Below, piece by piece: positions 25,385-34,483 of a DNA stretch of 34,483 nt (positions are counted from its first letter, which is position 1; every line of letters begins with the position of its first letter). Below the pieces are notes generated by a model. The model was given only the letters and a program-made list of their open reading frames with translations, was not told the DNA's origin and did no database searches. Made by a program: the position numbers and the translations under genes. The stretch is taken from IMG/VR virus record IMGVR_UViG_3300032212_000100, positions 1 to 34,483 of that record; one strand, given 5' to 3'. Origin of the DNA: a virus. Taxonomy: Duplodnaviria > Caudoviricetes.

Positions 25385-28300
25385 TATTCTCCTTTTTCAA
25401 TATTACCAATTCCAGACAATTTTGGTTTTTTGCTTTTCCCAACAATGTCCTTAACAATACCACTTCTAAAATCATTATTCACCTGAATATCTTGAAGATC
25501 CCTTAAATCAATCTTCTGCAGAAGCTGAGCCTCAAGCTCAGGGTAACGTACAACAAGCTCTTCAATAGCCTCCTTCTTAGCAGCACGCCAAGTAGAGCTA
25601 AGAGCCAACCCTCTCTGAGAAACCTCGTTTATGAGAGAGTAAGATTTTGTACCTATAGTATTAGAAAGCCTATCACGTATACCTATTTCATCACGCCATA
25701 TATCGTTAAGTGCAACAAGATGCTCACCTTTTAACTCGAGTTTTATACCGTCAATATTAACAGTATTATTAAATCTCTCAGGAGCAAATCCAGTATTTAA
25801 CATCTCACCAACAATTTCATCTTGTTTTATTTTGTTGACGTTCAATGGCATACCATTCCAAAATTCAGTAGATTTTTCTACAGGCTCACCCAAAGCATTA
25901 TAAATAGCAGGAACATCATCATTCTGGAAATACAGTGTTTTTATCTGAGCATTAAATGTACTCATATCCCGCAAATACTTATCATCCTGTCTACTCAAAA
26001 AACGCATCATAGATGATGCCGGTGTCGCAGCACCAGCAAACCTTGACGCACCTTCAACCAATCGCTCACCACCAGATTCAGGATCTCTTTGAATAGATGT
26101 AACAGTCTCAACAACACCCTTAGGTCCAGACATAAGAGGAAGATCCAACATATAGTCAGAAAGGAATGTGGAGTATGTATCCCAAGTAAGCTTGAACTGG
26201 CTTGTTTGCTCCTCACCCATCGCCCTGTTAAAACCTTCTTTACCCATTGCGTGGCGCATATTAGCACCAGCCATTAAAGGAACAACCATAGGTGCAAGTT
26301 TTGTAATATCAATACTCTCATCATCATCCACAATAGCCATATCAGTAAGACCTAAAGATTTTTCAAGATCTTTAGAAGCCTTGCTACCATCACTATGAGG
26401 AACAATTTTTCCTTCATCATACATCTTCATACCCATCACAAATATGGCATTACCCGTAACAGCCCTTGAAACAGCATCACGGCGAGATGCACCGCCTTTT
26501 GAGAAGTCTTTGTAGAATCTTGGTGATATAGGCAGCCCTGCAACATTCTCAGCACCAAATGTGATTACAGGCGTTCTGTACATCATCTCGCTAAAAATAT
26601 TTACAGGAGTCGTAAAGAACGGAACAATAAATTTACCGCCTGGTATTTGATTTTGCAGCAAGTTTTGGGTTGACTTAAGCGTACCGCCTAAACGTTTTTG
26701 GAATGTAACAGCAAGAGCATCCTCTAAAGCCTTATCAACAGCCTGCTTACGCACAATCTCAGCCTTACCAGCAAGTTGCTGTGAGGCTGTTTTACTAAAG
26801 CCCAATTCCTGGATCTTGCTTACAAAGTTAACCTCTTCACCGCCGTTAAGAATCAATTCCTCTATACGCTTCTGAGCAGCATTGAAATCAATATTCTTCC
26901 CAGACTTAACCATAGCATCCAAACCAAGAACATCATCAACGTATATAGCGTTATATGTATGTCCACGCATCTCTTTACGAACAGAAATTGCTTTAGCCAT
27001 ATTATCCGTAGCGCGCATTGTTTCCCTGGCAAAACCACTACCTGCAGTAAATCCTAAAAAGTCTATTGCAGATCCAACAGTACCTTCAGCATCAAAAGCC
27101 TTCGCTGAAAAAGCACTTCTACTAACATTATCAAGCTTATCAAGCTCCATAATCCCACGTGATTCTGTCTTTGTTAAACCAGGAGTTTCAGTTCCGGTAC
27201 CCTTACGTAAAACGCCAACATCTTCAAGAACAGTTTGACCCTTCTTAAACTCAGTATTAAACGCACTTTTTATACCACCTATCTGAGGTCGTTGAGCCGC
27301 GACTTTACCTGCAGCAACAATAGCATTAGAACCAAGAAAAGCGGCATCAACATGACTTCTTAATACCTCTCCAAATTCAATGGCAACGCTTGTATAAGTT
27401 GGGTCACCAGCTTTTCTTATACCAGGAGTAGCTTGCAACGTTTTATCAAAAAGCCTTGTAGCATACATAAGCTCAGCACTCATGAGGTTAACACCCTGCG
27501 TAATAGGGGAAGAAAGAATACCGTTAATGTAGCTACTCTCAAATGCCTGGTAAAGTTTTACAGGTGTCGTTTTTTTATCTCCAACCTTCTGAAGCGCCTT
27601 AGTCAAATGCTTCATCAAAACATTAGGATCTGCAGAAAACGTTGTAACCAAGTCAATTGACTCGTTCATTTTCTCAACCATCAACCTGTAACCAGCCTCA
27701 TCACCTTTCAAGGCAGAAAGCTCTTTTCTTCCTGCATCAAACAACAACTTGTCTCGCTCACTCAGTATCGTTCTAGCAGCAGGTGAAAGTTCAGTTGTCT
27801 TTTGAAGAGCTTTACCAGCAGCACTTGCCTGTGTTTGCCAATAAGGCAAAGCAACATTAACAAGGTCGTTAAAGTCGTTTGTAGCTTTCTTGGCAAGGTC
27901 TTGCACCAAAGCCTCATCACTACTCCCTCTAACACTTGTATAAGCCTTCATACTACTGAAAGATTTTTGTATCTGAGATTCAACCAAAATATTAGCAGCT
28001 TGCACCTTTGCAGCCTCATCACCTATAGAAACAAGCTCTTTAGGCAAAAGAGCTTTAGCCTCTTTAACAGAAATCCCTTTTTCAGAAGCAATGCGCTTAG
28101 GAAGCCCTCTCATAGCCTCTGTTATCTGCTTACTCATATCATCAACCAAACCTAACAAAGTAGCCTCATCTGGCATACCTTGTCTCCCATCAACATCAAT
28201 GCGAACAATATCGCTAAGCTGGGCTTCAATAGGTTTATCAACATCAAGGTTATCTATATTCAGCCTTATTTGAACATGCTTTTCACCAGCCTCACGAACA

Positions 28301-29307
28301 GCAATACGTGAAGCTTCACCAACCTCTTTACCACTCAAACCTTTAGCAGCTTTTACAGTTGTAGCAAGAGCAAGGCCTGCCATTTCTGGCAACTTGTCAG
28401 CAAATTGTTTAACCCCTTCAGGAGCAACTTTAATCATACCCTGCACAACCTTGTCAGCAGTCATAATCAAAGCAAGCTCTTCAAGAGATTTAACCCCTCT
28501 CTTTATCATAACGTCATCAGGATCTTCAGCATCTAAAACTAACTTTACAGCTTCAAGCTCATTTGGAAACTTCGCAGTTAAAGATTGAAGAAGCGTATCA
28601 TTATCAGGCTCATCAACAAAACCAGCTGCTGCAACACCACCACCAAGGGAAGCTTTAGCACCAAGACCAAGGGCTTTTAAAACTTTTGTGCCGCTTGCAG
28701 CCTCAACAATAAAATCAACAACCTCAGCATACCCCCTAGCTACAGTGCTTTCAGCTTCAGGAACAGTAAACCCTGTTTCAAAATAATCCCTAAAGAATGT
28801 ACGCACATCGTTAAGAGCCTCTTTACCAGCACCATCAACAATAGAATCAATCTGCTCTTGTGTTACAACGTCCCCAGGCTTAGGGCCATCTTTTAACGTT
28901 CCAGCTTCAAGCCTCTCTTCAGCAATCTTTTCAGAGATCTTTGCAGCACCAAAGCCAACTATATCAGAAACAGTTGACACAAGCTTATTATAAACACGTG
29001 GCGGCGTACCAAGAGTTTGCAGTGGTATGTCAAGCCAAAGAGATCTTGCATCACTCTCAGCTTCAGGCGTTGGTAACGGCTCCTCATAATCAGGGTGGCT
29101 GTTATACTTACGCTCGTTAGAAATATGAGCCCTGGCAAAACTATCCTCTTCATCACTTGGTGCAGGCTCAAAAGCAGTACCAGAAACACTCTGAAGCTCA
29201 CTAAAGTCAGAAACACCCTCTTCTTCAACAGGTACATCTACAGGGGATACAGGAGCCTCAACAGGCCCTTCAACCGGTAACACATCAGCATCAACAACAC
29301 GTGCCAT
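25384..29307 (-). CDS. Large internal virion (ejection) protein
   Basis: 1307 aa, third of three genes between tail tubular B and the fibre, with PFFTTPVNI. Confidence 0.75.
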   Translation of the reverse strand: MARVVDADVLPVEGPVEAPVSPVDVPVEEEGVSDFSELQSVSGTAFEPAPSDEEDSFARAHISNERKYNSHPDYEEPLPTPEAESDARSLWLDIPLQTLGTPPRVYNKLVSTVSDIVGFGAAKISEKIAEERLEAGTLKDGPKPGDVVTQEQIDSIVDGAGKEALNDVRTFFRDYFETGFTVPEAESTVARGYAEVVDFIVEAASGTKVLKALGLGAKASLGGGVAAAGFVDEPDNDTLLQSLTAKFPNELEAVKLVLDAEDPDDVMIKRGVKSLEELALIMTADKVVQGMIKVAPEGVKQFADKLPEMAGLALATTVKAAKGLSGKEVGEASRIAVREAGEKHVQIRLNIDNLDVDKPIEAQLSDIVRIDVDGRQGMPDEATLLGLVDDMSKQITEAMRGLPKRIASEKGISVKEAKALLPKELVSIGDEAAKVQAANILVESQIQKSFSSMKAYTSVRGSSDEALVQDLAKKATNDFNDLVNVALPYWQTQASAAGKALQKTTELSPAARTILSERDKLLFDAGRKELSALKGDEAGYRLMVEKMNESIDLVTTFSADPNVLMKHLTKALQKVGDKKTTPVKLYQAFESSYINGILSSPITQGVNLMSAELMYATRLFDKTLQATPGIRKAGDPTYTSVAIEFGEVLRSHVDAAFLGSNAIVAAGKVAAQRPQIGGIKSAFNTEFKKGQTVLEDVGVLRKGTGTETPGLTKTESRGIMELDKLDNVSRSAFSAKAFDAEGTVGSAIDFLGFTAGSGFARETMRATDNMAKAISVRKEMRGHTYNAIYVDDVLGLDAMVKSGKNIDFNAAQKRIEELILNGGEEVNFVSKIQELGFSKTASQQLAGKAEIVRKQAVDKALEDALAVTFQKRLGGTLKSTQNLLQNQIPGGKFIVPFFTTPVNIFSEMMYRTPVITFGAENVAGLPISPRFYKDFSKGGASRRDAVSRAVTGNAIFVMGMKMYDEGKIVPHSDGSKASKDLEKSLGLTDMAIVDDDESIDITKLAPMVVPLMAGANMRHAMGKEGFNRAMGEEQTSQFKLTWDTYSTFLSDYMLDLPLMSGPKGVVETVTSIQRDPESGGERLVEGASRFAGAATPASSMMRFLSRQDDKYLRDMSTFNAQIKTLYFQNDDVPAIYNALGEPVEKSTEFWNGMPLNVNKIKQDEIVGEMLNTGFAPERFNNTVNIDGIKLELKGEHLVALNDIWRDEIGIRDRLSNTIGTKSYSLINEVSQRGLALSSTWRAAKKEAIEELVVRYPELEAQLLQKIDLRDLQDIQVNNDFRSGIVKDIVGKSKKPKLSGIGNIEKGE

Positions 29308-31028
29308 TATCTATTCACACCTCCACTAAAAATATCCTCAATAGAATTGATAACATCCTTATCAAACGGAAGAGTGCGGCCAAGAGTTGTTTGGCTATTC
29401 TTTTTACGCATCTCTCTCAACACCATTTCATAATTATCATGATCAATACTATCTACCTTAAACTCAGCACCACGAACACGGATACCTTTTTCATTAACCT
29501 CAAACCTCTGTATAGAAACACCTGCATTTACAAGCGTTCTAACGCGCGTCTGAATACTTATAGGGAGCTGTTCAACTTTACTCCTCACAACATTCTTATC
29601 ACCGCCAAGCTGGTTTATCCAATTGTTAAGCTCCACAGGAACTTCTTCAATTGATATTACACCATCCTCAAGCTTACTTCTAATCATATTAGCAGCTGAA
29701 GATCTCTTCAAAGCATTTTCTCTGTTAGATTTAACAATCGTTTCACGGTCAGAGTCAGAATAATCCTTCTCAGGAATATCAGTGAAAACACTATTTACAT
29801 ATCTGTCCAATGAAGATTTTACGCGCGGGTCCTGCATAACCTTACTTCTTAAAACAGAGATCCTATCAGAATAAGCATCACGGTCATCAGGAGAAAGTGT
29901 ATGTTTCTTTCTGTCATAAAAAGCCTCTAAATCAGTATCAACGTTTCTGATCTTATCTTCAAGCTCCTCAACAACACCAACGTTTGATACAATCTCCTTT
30001 CCAGAGATAACATCATTAATAGAATCTGTGAAAGACTCAACTTCTCCAATACTCATACCGTATTTATTAATAAGCTCTTTACGTGTTTTATTAAGAAGGT
30101 TAGGGTCAAGATCACCATCTACAGCAGAAATATAAAGTTCGTTCTGTATATTACTAGCCTCTTGCTCAAGAGCTTTTTTACGGCGAGACTCACCAGCAAT
30201 GCGTGAGTTTTCCATCGTAGCTTTTAAAGCAAACGCACTCTGAACATTCGCAGCATTCAAATTACCAGAAAGTTCAAGAACAGCAGTCGGATCTCCTGAG
30301 TTTGCAGCAATAACAATCACTGCATTATCCTGAACCTCATTCTGAACATTCTGCAAGTATGCAGGCTTAACTTCATCAGGTATAAAAGTAGTATTATCAA
30401 CAAAAGACTTAAGTTGAGCAGAAGCAATAATAAAACCATCGTTATCACCGCTTGCAAGCTTAGATGATATAGTCTCTTTCAACTCTCCTATATGGAGATT
30501 AAACTGATCTTTTGCAATTTTAGTATCCGCCTTAGCCCTTTCAACACGTAGCTGGCTATATTTTGAATCAATTGTAGCACGGGTCATCTCAGAAAGCGGC
30601 TGAGCAAGCTCAGAAGGCACACCTTCAATAACACCATCATGAAGAGCATTCGCCTCTGTCAAATACCCATCAGGGTTATCTATATTCCTAGCTTCAATAT
30701 CAGCAAGATTCTTAGACAGATCAGAACTAACACCAACACTATAAGACTCCAAAGCAGATGCGCGGTAAGATCTACCATATATTGTATTGTCATTCCTTAG
30801 CGCCGTTACATCAAAATTCTCATCTCTACCAGCAGCAGATCCAGCCTCAGCGCCTTCCTGCTTAGCACGCTCATCAGCTGCTTTGTTTATATATTTTGCA
30901 GCACTGTCAAATATATTAGCGCCAGTCTCAAAAAGCTGGGCCTCTGCCCTTGCACCAACAGACCTTACAATACCCTTACCCCTAACATCTACAGCCAAAT
31001 TCTCTTTAAAACTAGGTATAGAACCCAT
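29307..31028 (-). CDS. Internal virion (ejection) protein
   Basis: 573 aa, helical composition, T7 gp15-like position. Confidence 0.7.
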   Translation of the reverse strand: MGSIPSFKENLAVDVRGKGIVRSVGARAEAQLFETGANIFDSAAKYINKAADERAKQEGAEAGSAAGRDENFDVTALRNDNTIYGRSYRASALESYSVGVSSDLSKNLADIEARNIDNPDGYLTEANALHDGVIEGVPSELAQPLSEMTRATIDSKYSQLRVERAKADTKIAKDQFNLHIGELKETISSKLASGDNDGFIIASAQLKSFVDNTTFIPDEVKPAYLQNVQNEVQDNAVIVIAANSGDPTAVLELSGNLNAANVQSAFALKATMENSRIAGESRRKKALEQEASNIQNELYISAVDGDLDPNLLNKTRKELINKYGMSIGEVESFTDSINDVISGKEIVSNVGVVEELEDKIRNVDTDLEAFYDRKKHTLSPDDRDAYSDRISVLRSKVMQDPRVKSSLDRYVNSVFTDIPEKDYSDSDRETIVKSNRENALKRSSAANMIRSKLEDGVISIEEVPVELNNWINQLGGDKNVVRSKVEQLPISIQTRVRTLVNAGVSIQRFEVNEKGIRVRGAEFKVDSIDHDNYEMVLREMRKKNSQTTLGRTLPFDKDVINSIEDIFSGGVNR

Positions 31029-31543
31029 TAAGCACCCCCTCGGCCAACAGACCCTTTAGCAAATCCTAATAATGACTGACCAGCCTTAGCAATAGCCTGC
31101 TTACGTGCAGCTGCACCAGCCTGCTTACTTTGAGCCGCACCAGATAAGGACTGGCCAACCCTGAAGCTTGTATTTAAATCGTCTGTTAATTGCTCACGTT
31201 CAGCAGCAGCCTTGCTTTCTTTAGCTAAAACAGTAGGTGTACCAGAAGAAATACTTATACCACGCGATCCAAAAATAGCAGATTGTGAAGCAAGAGCAGA
31301 TCTTAAAGCCCTAAGCCTCGCAGTCTCACGCTGAGCGCCAGCAAGCTTCTCTCTTTGGGCTTCCTGCTCCTGTTGTCTAGCCTCAAGTGTATTGGCGTAT
31401 TCAGCCTCTCTCCCAGCCATAAGAGTAGACCCAACACCTGTAAGACCAATAATAGTACCCAAAAAACCAAGAGCACCAGAAGACGCTCCAGCACTTGCAG
31501 ATCCAGCAGAAAATAAAGAAGCGGCAGCAACAGATGTACCCAT
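31028..31543 (-). CDS. Small internal virion (ejection) protein
   Basis: Ala/Gly-rich with hydrophobic N-terminus, T7 gp14-like position. Confidence 0.7.
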   Translation of the reverse strand: MGTSVAAASLFSAGSASAGASSGALGFLGTIIGLTGVGSTLMAGREAEYANTLEARQQEQEAQREKLAGAQRETARLRALRSALASQSAIFGSRGISISSGTPTVLAKESKAAAEREQLTDDLNTSFRVGQSLSGAAQSKQAGAAARKQAIAKAGQSLLGFAKGSVGRGGA

Positions 31544-33240
31544 TAAAACTTAACCTCCAATACCATTCCAAACATTTTAAACTCTAGCGGCTGGTCCTGT
31601 GTAATTTCAACCTGAGCATCACGATCTATCCCAGACAAATTAACTCTACGCCACCCATTAATATAAGAAGGAACACCAGAAAAAACATCAGCTATAGGTG
31701 TAGATGCAGGCCTAAAACCATCTACAAGAATATTACGTGTATTCTCTAAATTAAGCCTAACAGACACTTTCCTCTTATACTCTGCTGTAAGTGTACCACC
31801 TTCTACAACAGCATCAAAAGGCATTGTTTTAACAAAGAACGCAAAGTCCATTCCAAACTCTGTATCAGAAACAGATTTTGATGTTGTTACAGCACCTGAT
31901 GCAACAGTAACATTATCCATCATAAAATTATCACCAACAGCTTTTACCTCTTCTCCCTCAAGATGAGAAAGACCGCTCCAGCTATCTGTAGCACTACCGC
32001 TTGTTTGTTGAATAGCAGCATCTGTTTTATAAGCCTCATCCAACCTTTCAATATACCGAACATCCGCACCATTAACACTACGCTTAACAGTAAAGTAGAC
32101 ATCTCCACCAACAACAGCAACATCTTCAAATTCACCCAGGGTTGTATATTTAGTCCACGCTGTAATACCCTGACCACGCAACGTATTCAAAACACCAACT
32201 GTTCCGTCAGCATTAACCATATATACATAATTAGCGTTACTACTCTCAACAGTACGTCTAAGAGCCATAGACACGCAGCTATTTATAATACTTGTAGACA
32301 TAATAGAAAGGCTCTCAGCAACATACGAAAGCTCTATATCTTTAAACACAAACTCTCTAAGATCCTTACCGTCATAAAACAGTGTGGCACCATCAACAGA
32401 AATAGGTTGCAAGTTTGTAACACCGTGACCTGTCTGCCTAATAATCGTAATATTAGTAGGCGTAATAGGAGCTGAATCCAATCCACTAGGTATATAAAAC
32501 TCACCACCCTCAGTAAATATCTGGAAATGCCTACCTGAATAACAACTTCTTATAGGGTTAGCCTGGCCACTATTAATGGTGATATTTATACCCTCATCAT
32601 CCAAACCTGTTCCTTCTGCCAAATTCTCAAAATCACCAACCTGGCTCATAAGCGTAGTTTGCGGTCTGCCTTTCAGACCACACAAAACAAGGCGTGCCTG
32701 ATGAAAACTACCGGAAACAGGCCAACCTCTAGATGCTGAAATTACAGGCTCAGCACCAGATCCATAGTCGTATGTTGGAATACCAGAAAAAGCAACTGCA
32801 GTTGCTGTAAACGTTGCAGCACCTGTCCTTGTTATTTTTATCGTTTGCAAATCTGGGTGAAATAAATACATGGTGTCAGCAGATTGTGTCCACTTCAAAT
32901 CAGGCAACATTGCCTCAGTAATAGAAGATATAGGTGCAGTTGTTAAAGTATCAACAAGAACATCATCTGCGTAAGCATCAAGCTGACCAGCACTAAATAC
33001 AAATAAATACTTTTGTTCGTTATTAAACTCAAACGGAGCCTTTTTAACAGGGTTATTACCAGGTGTTCCAACAATATACTTCAAACCCCACCTACGCTCT
33101 ATACCACCCTGCGTTATAACATTAATATTTGTAAGAGCAGAACCACCTTTAAAAAAGGTATCAAGGTCAGTACGAACAATTAAAGCAGGGTCAAGCTGCC
33201 CCGCTACGAAAGACGTCTGTGCTGATCGTATCTTAGCCAT
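31543..33240 (-). CDS. Tail tubular protein B (nozzle; T7 gp12-like)
   Basis: QTSFVAGQLDP, QGGIERRWG, WTQSAD, GWP...FHQARL. Confidence 0.88.
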   Translation of the reverse strand: MAKIRSAQTSFVAGQLDPALIVRTDLDTFFKGGSALTNINVITQGGIERRWGLKYIVGTPGNNPVKKAPFEFNNEQKYLFVFSAGQLDAYADDVLVDTLTTAPISSITEAMLPDLKWTQSADTMYLFHPDLQTIKITRTGAATFTATAVAFSGIPTYDYGSGAEPVISASRGWPVSGSFHQARLVLCGLKGRPQTTLMSQVGDFENLAEGTGLDDEGINITINSGQANPIRSCYSGRHFQIFTEGGEFYIPSGLDSAPITPTNITIIRQTGHGVTNLQPISVDGATLFYDGKDLREFVFKDIELSYVAESLSIMSTSIINSCVSMALRRTVESSNANYVYMVNADGTVGVLNTLRGQGITAWTKYTTLGEFEDVAVVGGDVYFTVKRSVNGADVRYIERLDEAYKTDAAIQQTSGSATDSWSGLSHLEGEEVKAVGDNFMMDNVTVASGAVTTSKSVSDTEFGMDFAFFVKTMPFDAVVEGGTLTAEYKRKVSVRLNLENTRNILVDGFRPASTPIADVFSGVPSYINGWRRVNLSGIDRDAQVEITQDQPLEFKMFGMVLEVKF

Positions 33241-33798
33241 CTACATCCTCACATCAACCAATGTAGCACTATCAACAGACTTATTAATAACACTCTGGCT
33301 ATTTATATTTCTAGCCTGAACACCAGCTTCCCTCTCCTGTTTTTCAATCTTACTTTCTTTAGCCTCATCATCAGTCAAGCCAATGGTAAACAACCTAGCA
33401 AGTCTCAACTCCAAAAACCTAGCAAACCATTCAGGGAATTTAGTCTCATCAGGCACAAAAGAATATTCTATAGAAACAGAAGTCGCATTACAAAGAAGCT
33501 TATCACCAAGAATATCAAAAGGTATGCCGTTTTCTATTTTAGTGACACGACCAAAACCAGGTGGCAGCTGGAATGCATATTTATATTCACTATCAAATTC
33601 AGGTGTATCAACAAGCCTCGCAAGAGCAACTTGATTATGTGCAAACCGCCACGGGTGCTCAGCAAGCAATGTATTTCTTGTACGGTCATACACAGCAGCA
33701 CAAACCTTACCTTCTCTTGTACTGTCAGTAATAGCATTAATAGGATCTGCACCAACAAGTATCAGACCCGTATTACACATTTCAACTTTTGAAGCCAT
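33241..33798 (-). CDS. Tail tubular protein A (adaptor; T7 gp11-like)
   Basis: MCNTGLILVGA...HPWRFA...YAFQLP. Confidence 0.88.
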   Translation of the reverse strand: MASKVEMCNTGLILVGADPINAITDSTREGKVCAAVYDRTRNTLLAEHPWRFAHNQVALARLVDTPEFDSEYKYAFQLPPGFGRVTKIENGIPFDILGDKLLCNATSVSIEYSFVPDETKFPEWFARFLELRLARLFTIGLTDDEAKESKIEKQEREAGVQARNINSQSVINKSVDSATLVDVRM

Positions 33799-33812
33799 TT
33801 GTATAAACCTTT

Positions 33813-33848
33813 TTTAAAAAAATAAGGGAGGAAAACCTCCCCCATTTT
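33813..33848 (-). terminator. Terminator after the capsid/decoration genes
   Basis: Minus strand GGGAGG-TTTT-CCTCCC followed by TTATTTTTT. Confidence 0.75.
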
Positions 33849-33850
33849 CG

Positions 33851-34129
33851 TTAGTCAGTGTCAGTTGCAGTAATTGCAGTACCATCAGATACGTCAACAA
33901 CACCACCAGAGTTAGATACAACAGGGTACAACATGTAAGCAGGTGTACCATCAGTATCAATATGAGCATAGATAAGGTCACCTACACCAACTTGGTCTGA
34001 TACATCATTGAAGTAACCAGCTGTATCAACATCAGCAGCCAGATCAACAGTAGCATAACCAAACATGCGTGGAACATTACTATTTTCATGAGCACTCATC
34101 TTTGCGAAATTATCACGATTAAAAGCCAT
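33851..34129 (-). CDS. Probable capsid decoration/cement protein
   Basis: 92 aa directly after the capsid gene, with VDTAGYFND...VGDLI. Confidence 0.65.
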   Translation of the reverse strand: MAFNRDNFAKMSAHENSNVPRMFGYATVDLAADVDTAGYFNDVSDQVGVGDLIYAHIDTDGTPAYMLYPVVSNSGGVVDVSDGTAITATDTD

Positions 34130-34186
34130 AACAATTTTCCTTTTTTATTTTGTTTAAATTTACTTCAAACACTCAGAAGCGTATTA

Positions 34187-34483
34187 CTACGCTTCGTAAG
34201 TATTTACAAGAACCAAGCCGTTTGTGTTACGAGCAATCGCACCGGCACGCATTTTACCTTTAGTCAACCAAGAATCCTTAGTAGGGATCCAATCAACATC
34301 AGTATTAACTTCGTTACCGATAGCTAAACCAATAGCACTTTTATGGAAAGCGTAGTTTTCACGTGTATTAGTAGCAAGCGGCATACCGCCTTCTTCATCA
34401 CGATTATCAATCCATACAAACTTAAAGCCATAAAAAGCATCAATGTCACCATTGATAAGAGCTTTAATGTTTACAAAGTCAGC
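34187..34483 (-). CDS. Major capsid protein, 3' part (joins 685..1)
   Basis: AFHKSAIGLA...SWL...GAIARNTNGLV, in frame across the overlap, ends TAG TAA. Confidence 0.9.
   Translation of the reverse strand, partial: ADFVNIKALINGDIDAFYGFKFVWIDNRDEEGGMPLATNTRENYAFHKSAIGLAIGNEVNTDVDWIPTKDSWLTKGKMRAGAIARNTNGLVLVNTYEA
34357..34483. repeat. Terminal direct repeat, copy 2
   Basis: Identical to 1-127. Confidence 0.95.

Noticed and set aside
26275-26285. 11-nt complement (TAAAGGAACAA) of sRNA hairpin 1
   Set aside because: It is on the non-coding strand of the 1307-aa gene, so it is not in the mRNA.
25822-33758. Plus-strand and nested ORFs within structural genes (likewise those within 1134-10161 and 17157-19327)
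   Set aside because: Shadow frames of well-supported genes, with no RBS or motifs.
34357-34483. Terminal repeat as a biological T7-style DTR
   Set aside because: It is exactly 127 bp and falls mid-capsid gene, so assembler overlap is the simpler explanation.

Overview
The window is an apparently complete ~34.36-kb circular podovirus genome. Bases 1-127 are identical to 34357-34483, an assembly overlap that splits the major capsid gene. The virion module is T7/BPP-1-like and on the minus strand: terS, terL, portal, scaffold, capsid, tail tubular A/B, three internal proteins, tail fibre and a lysis cassette. About 4.1 kb of extra fibre/spike-like genes sit between terminase and portal. Replication rests on one 939-aa Toprim primase-helicase and an iteron-rich origin-like region (11393-11660). 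I recognise no DNA polymerase, RNA polymerase or CI-type repressor. A plus-strand early operon (12154-14737) includes a small serine recombinase. The best finding is a predicted ~155-nt RNA (about 14747-14903) with its own sigma70-like promoter and terminator. Two of its hairpin tips are exact complements, in antiparallel order, of two boxes at the ribosome-binding site of the first early gene, and a second early gene carries a similar leader. This suggests a trans-acting antisense switch analogous to P1 C4 / P4 CI RNA. Also notable are a tRNA-like gene with a shrunken anticodon arm, a structured capsid leader and a 26-bp serine-recombinase-type site. All functional calls come from motifs and synteny read by eye. 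No database searches or folding programs were run.
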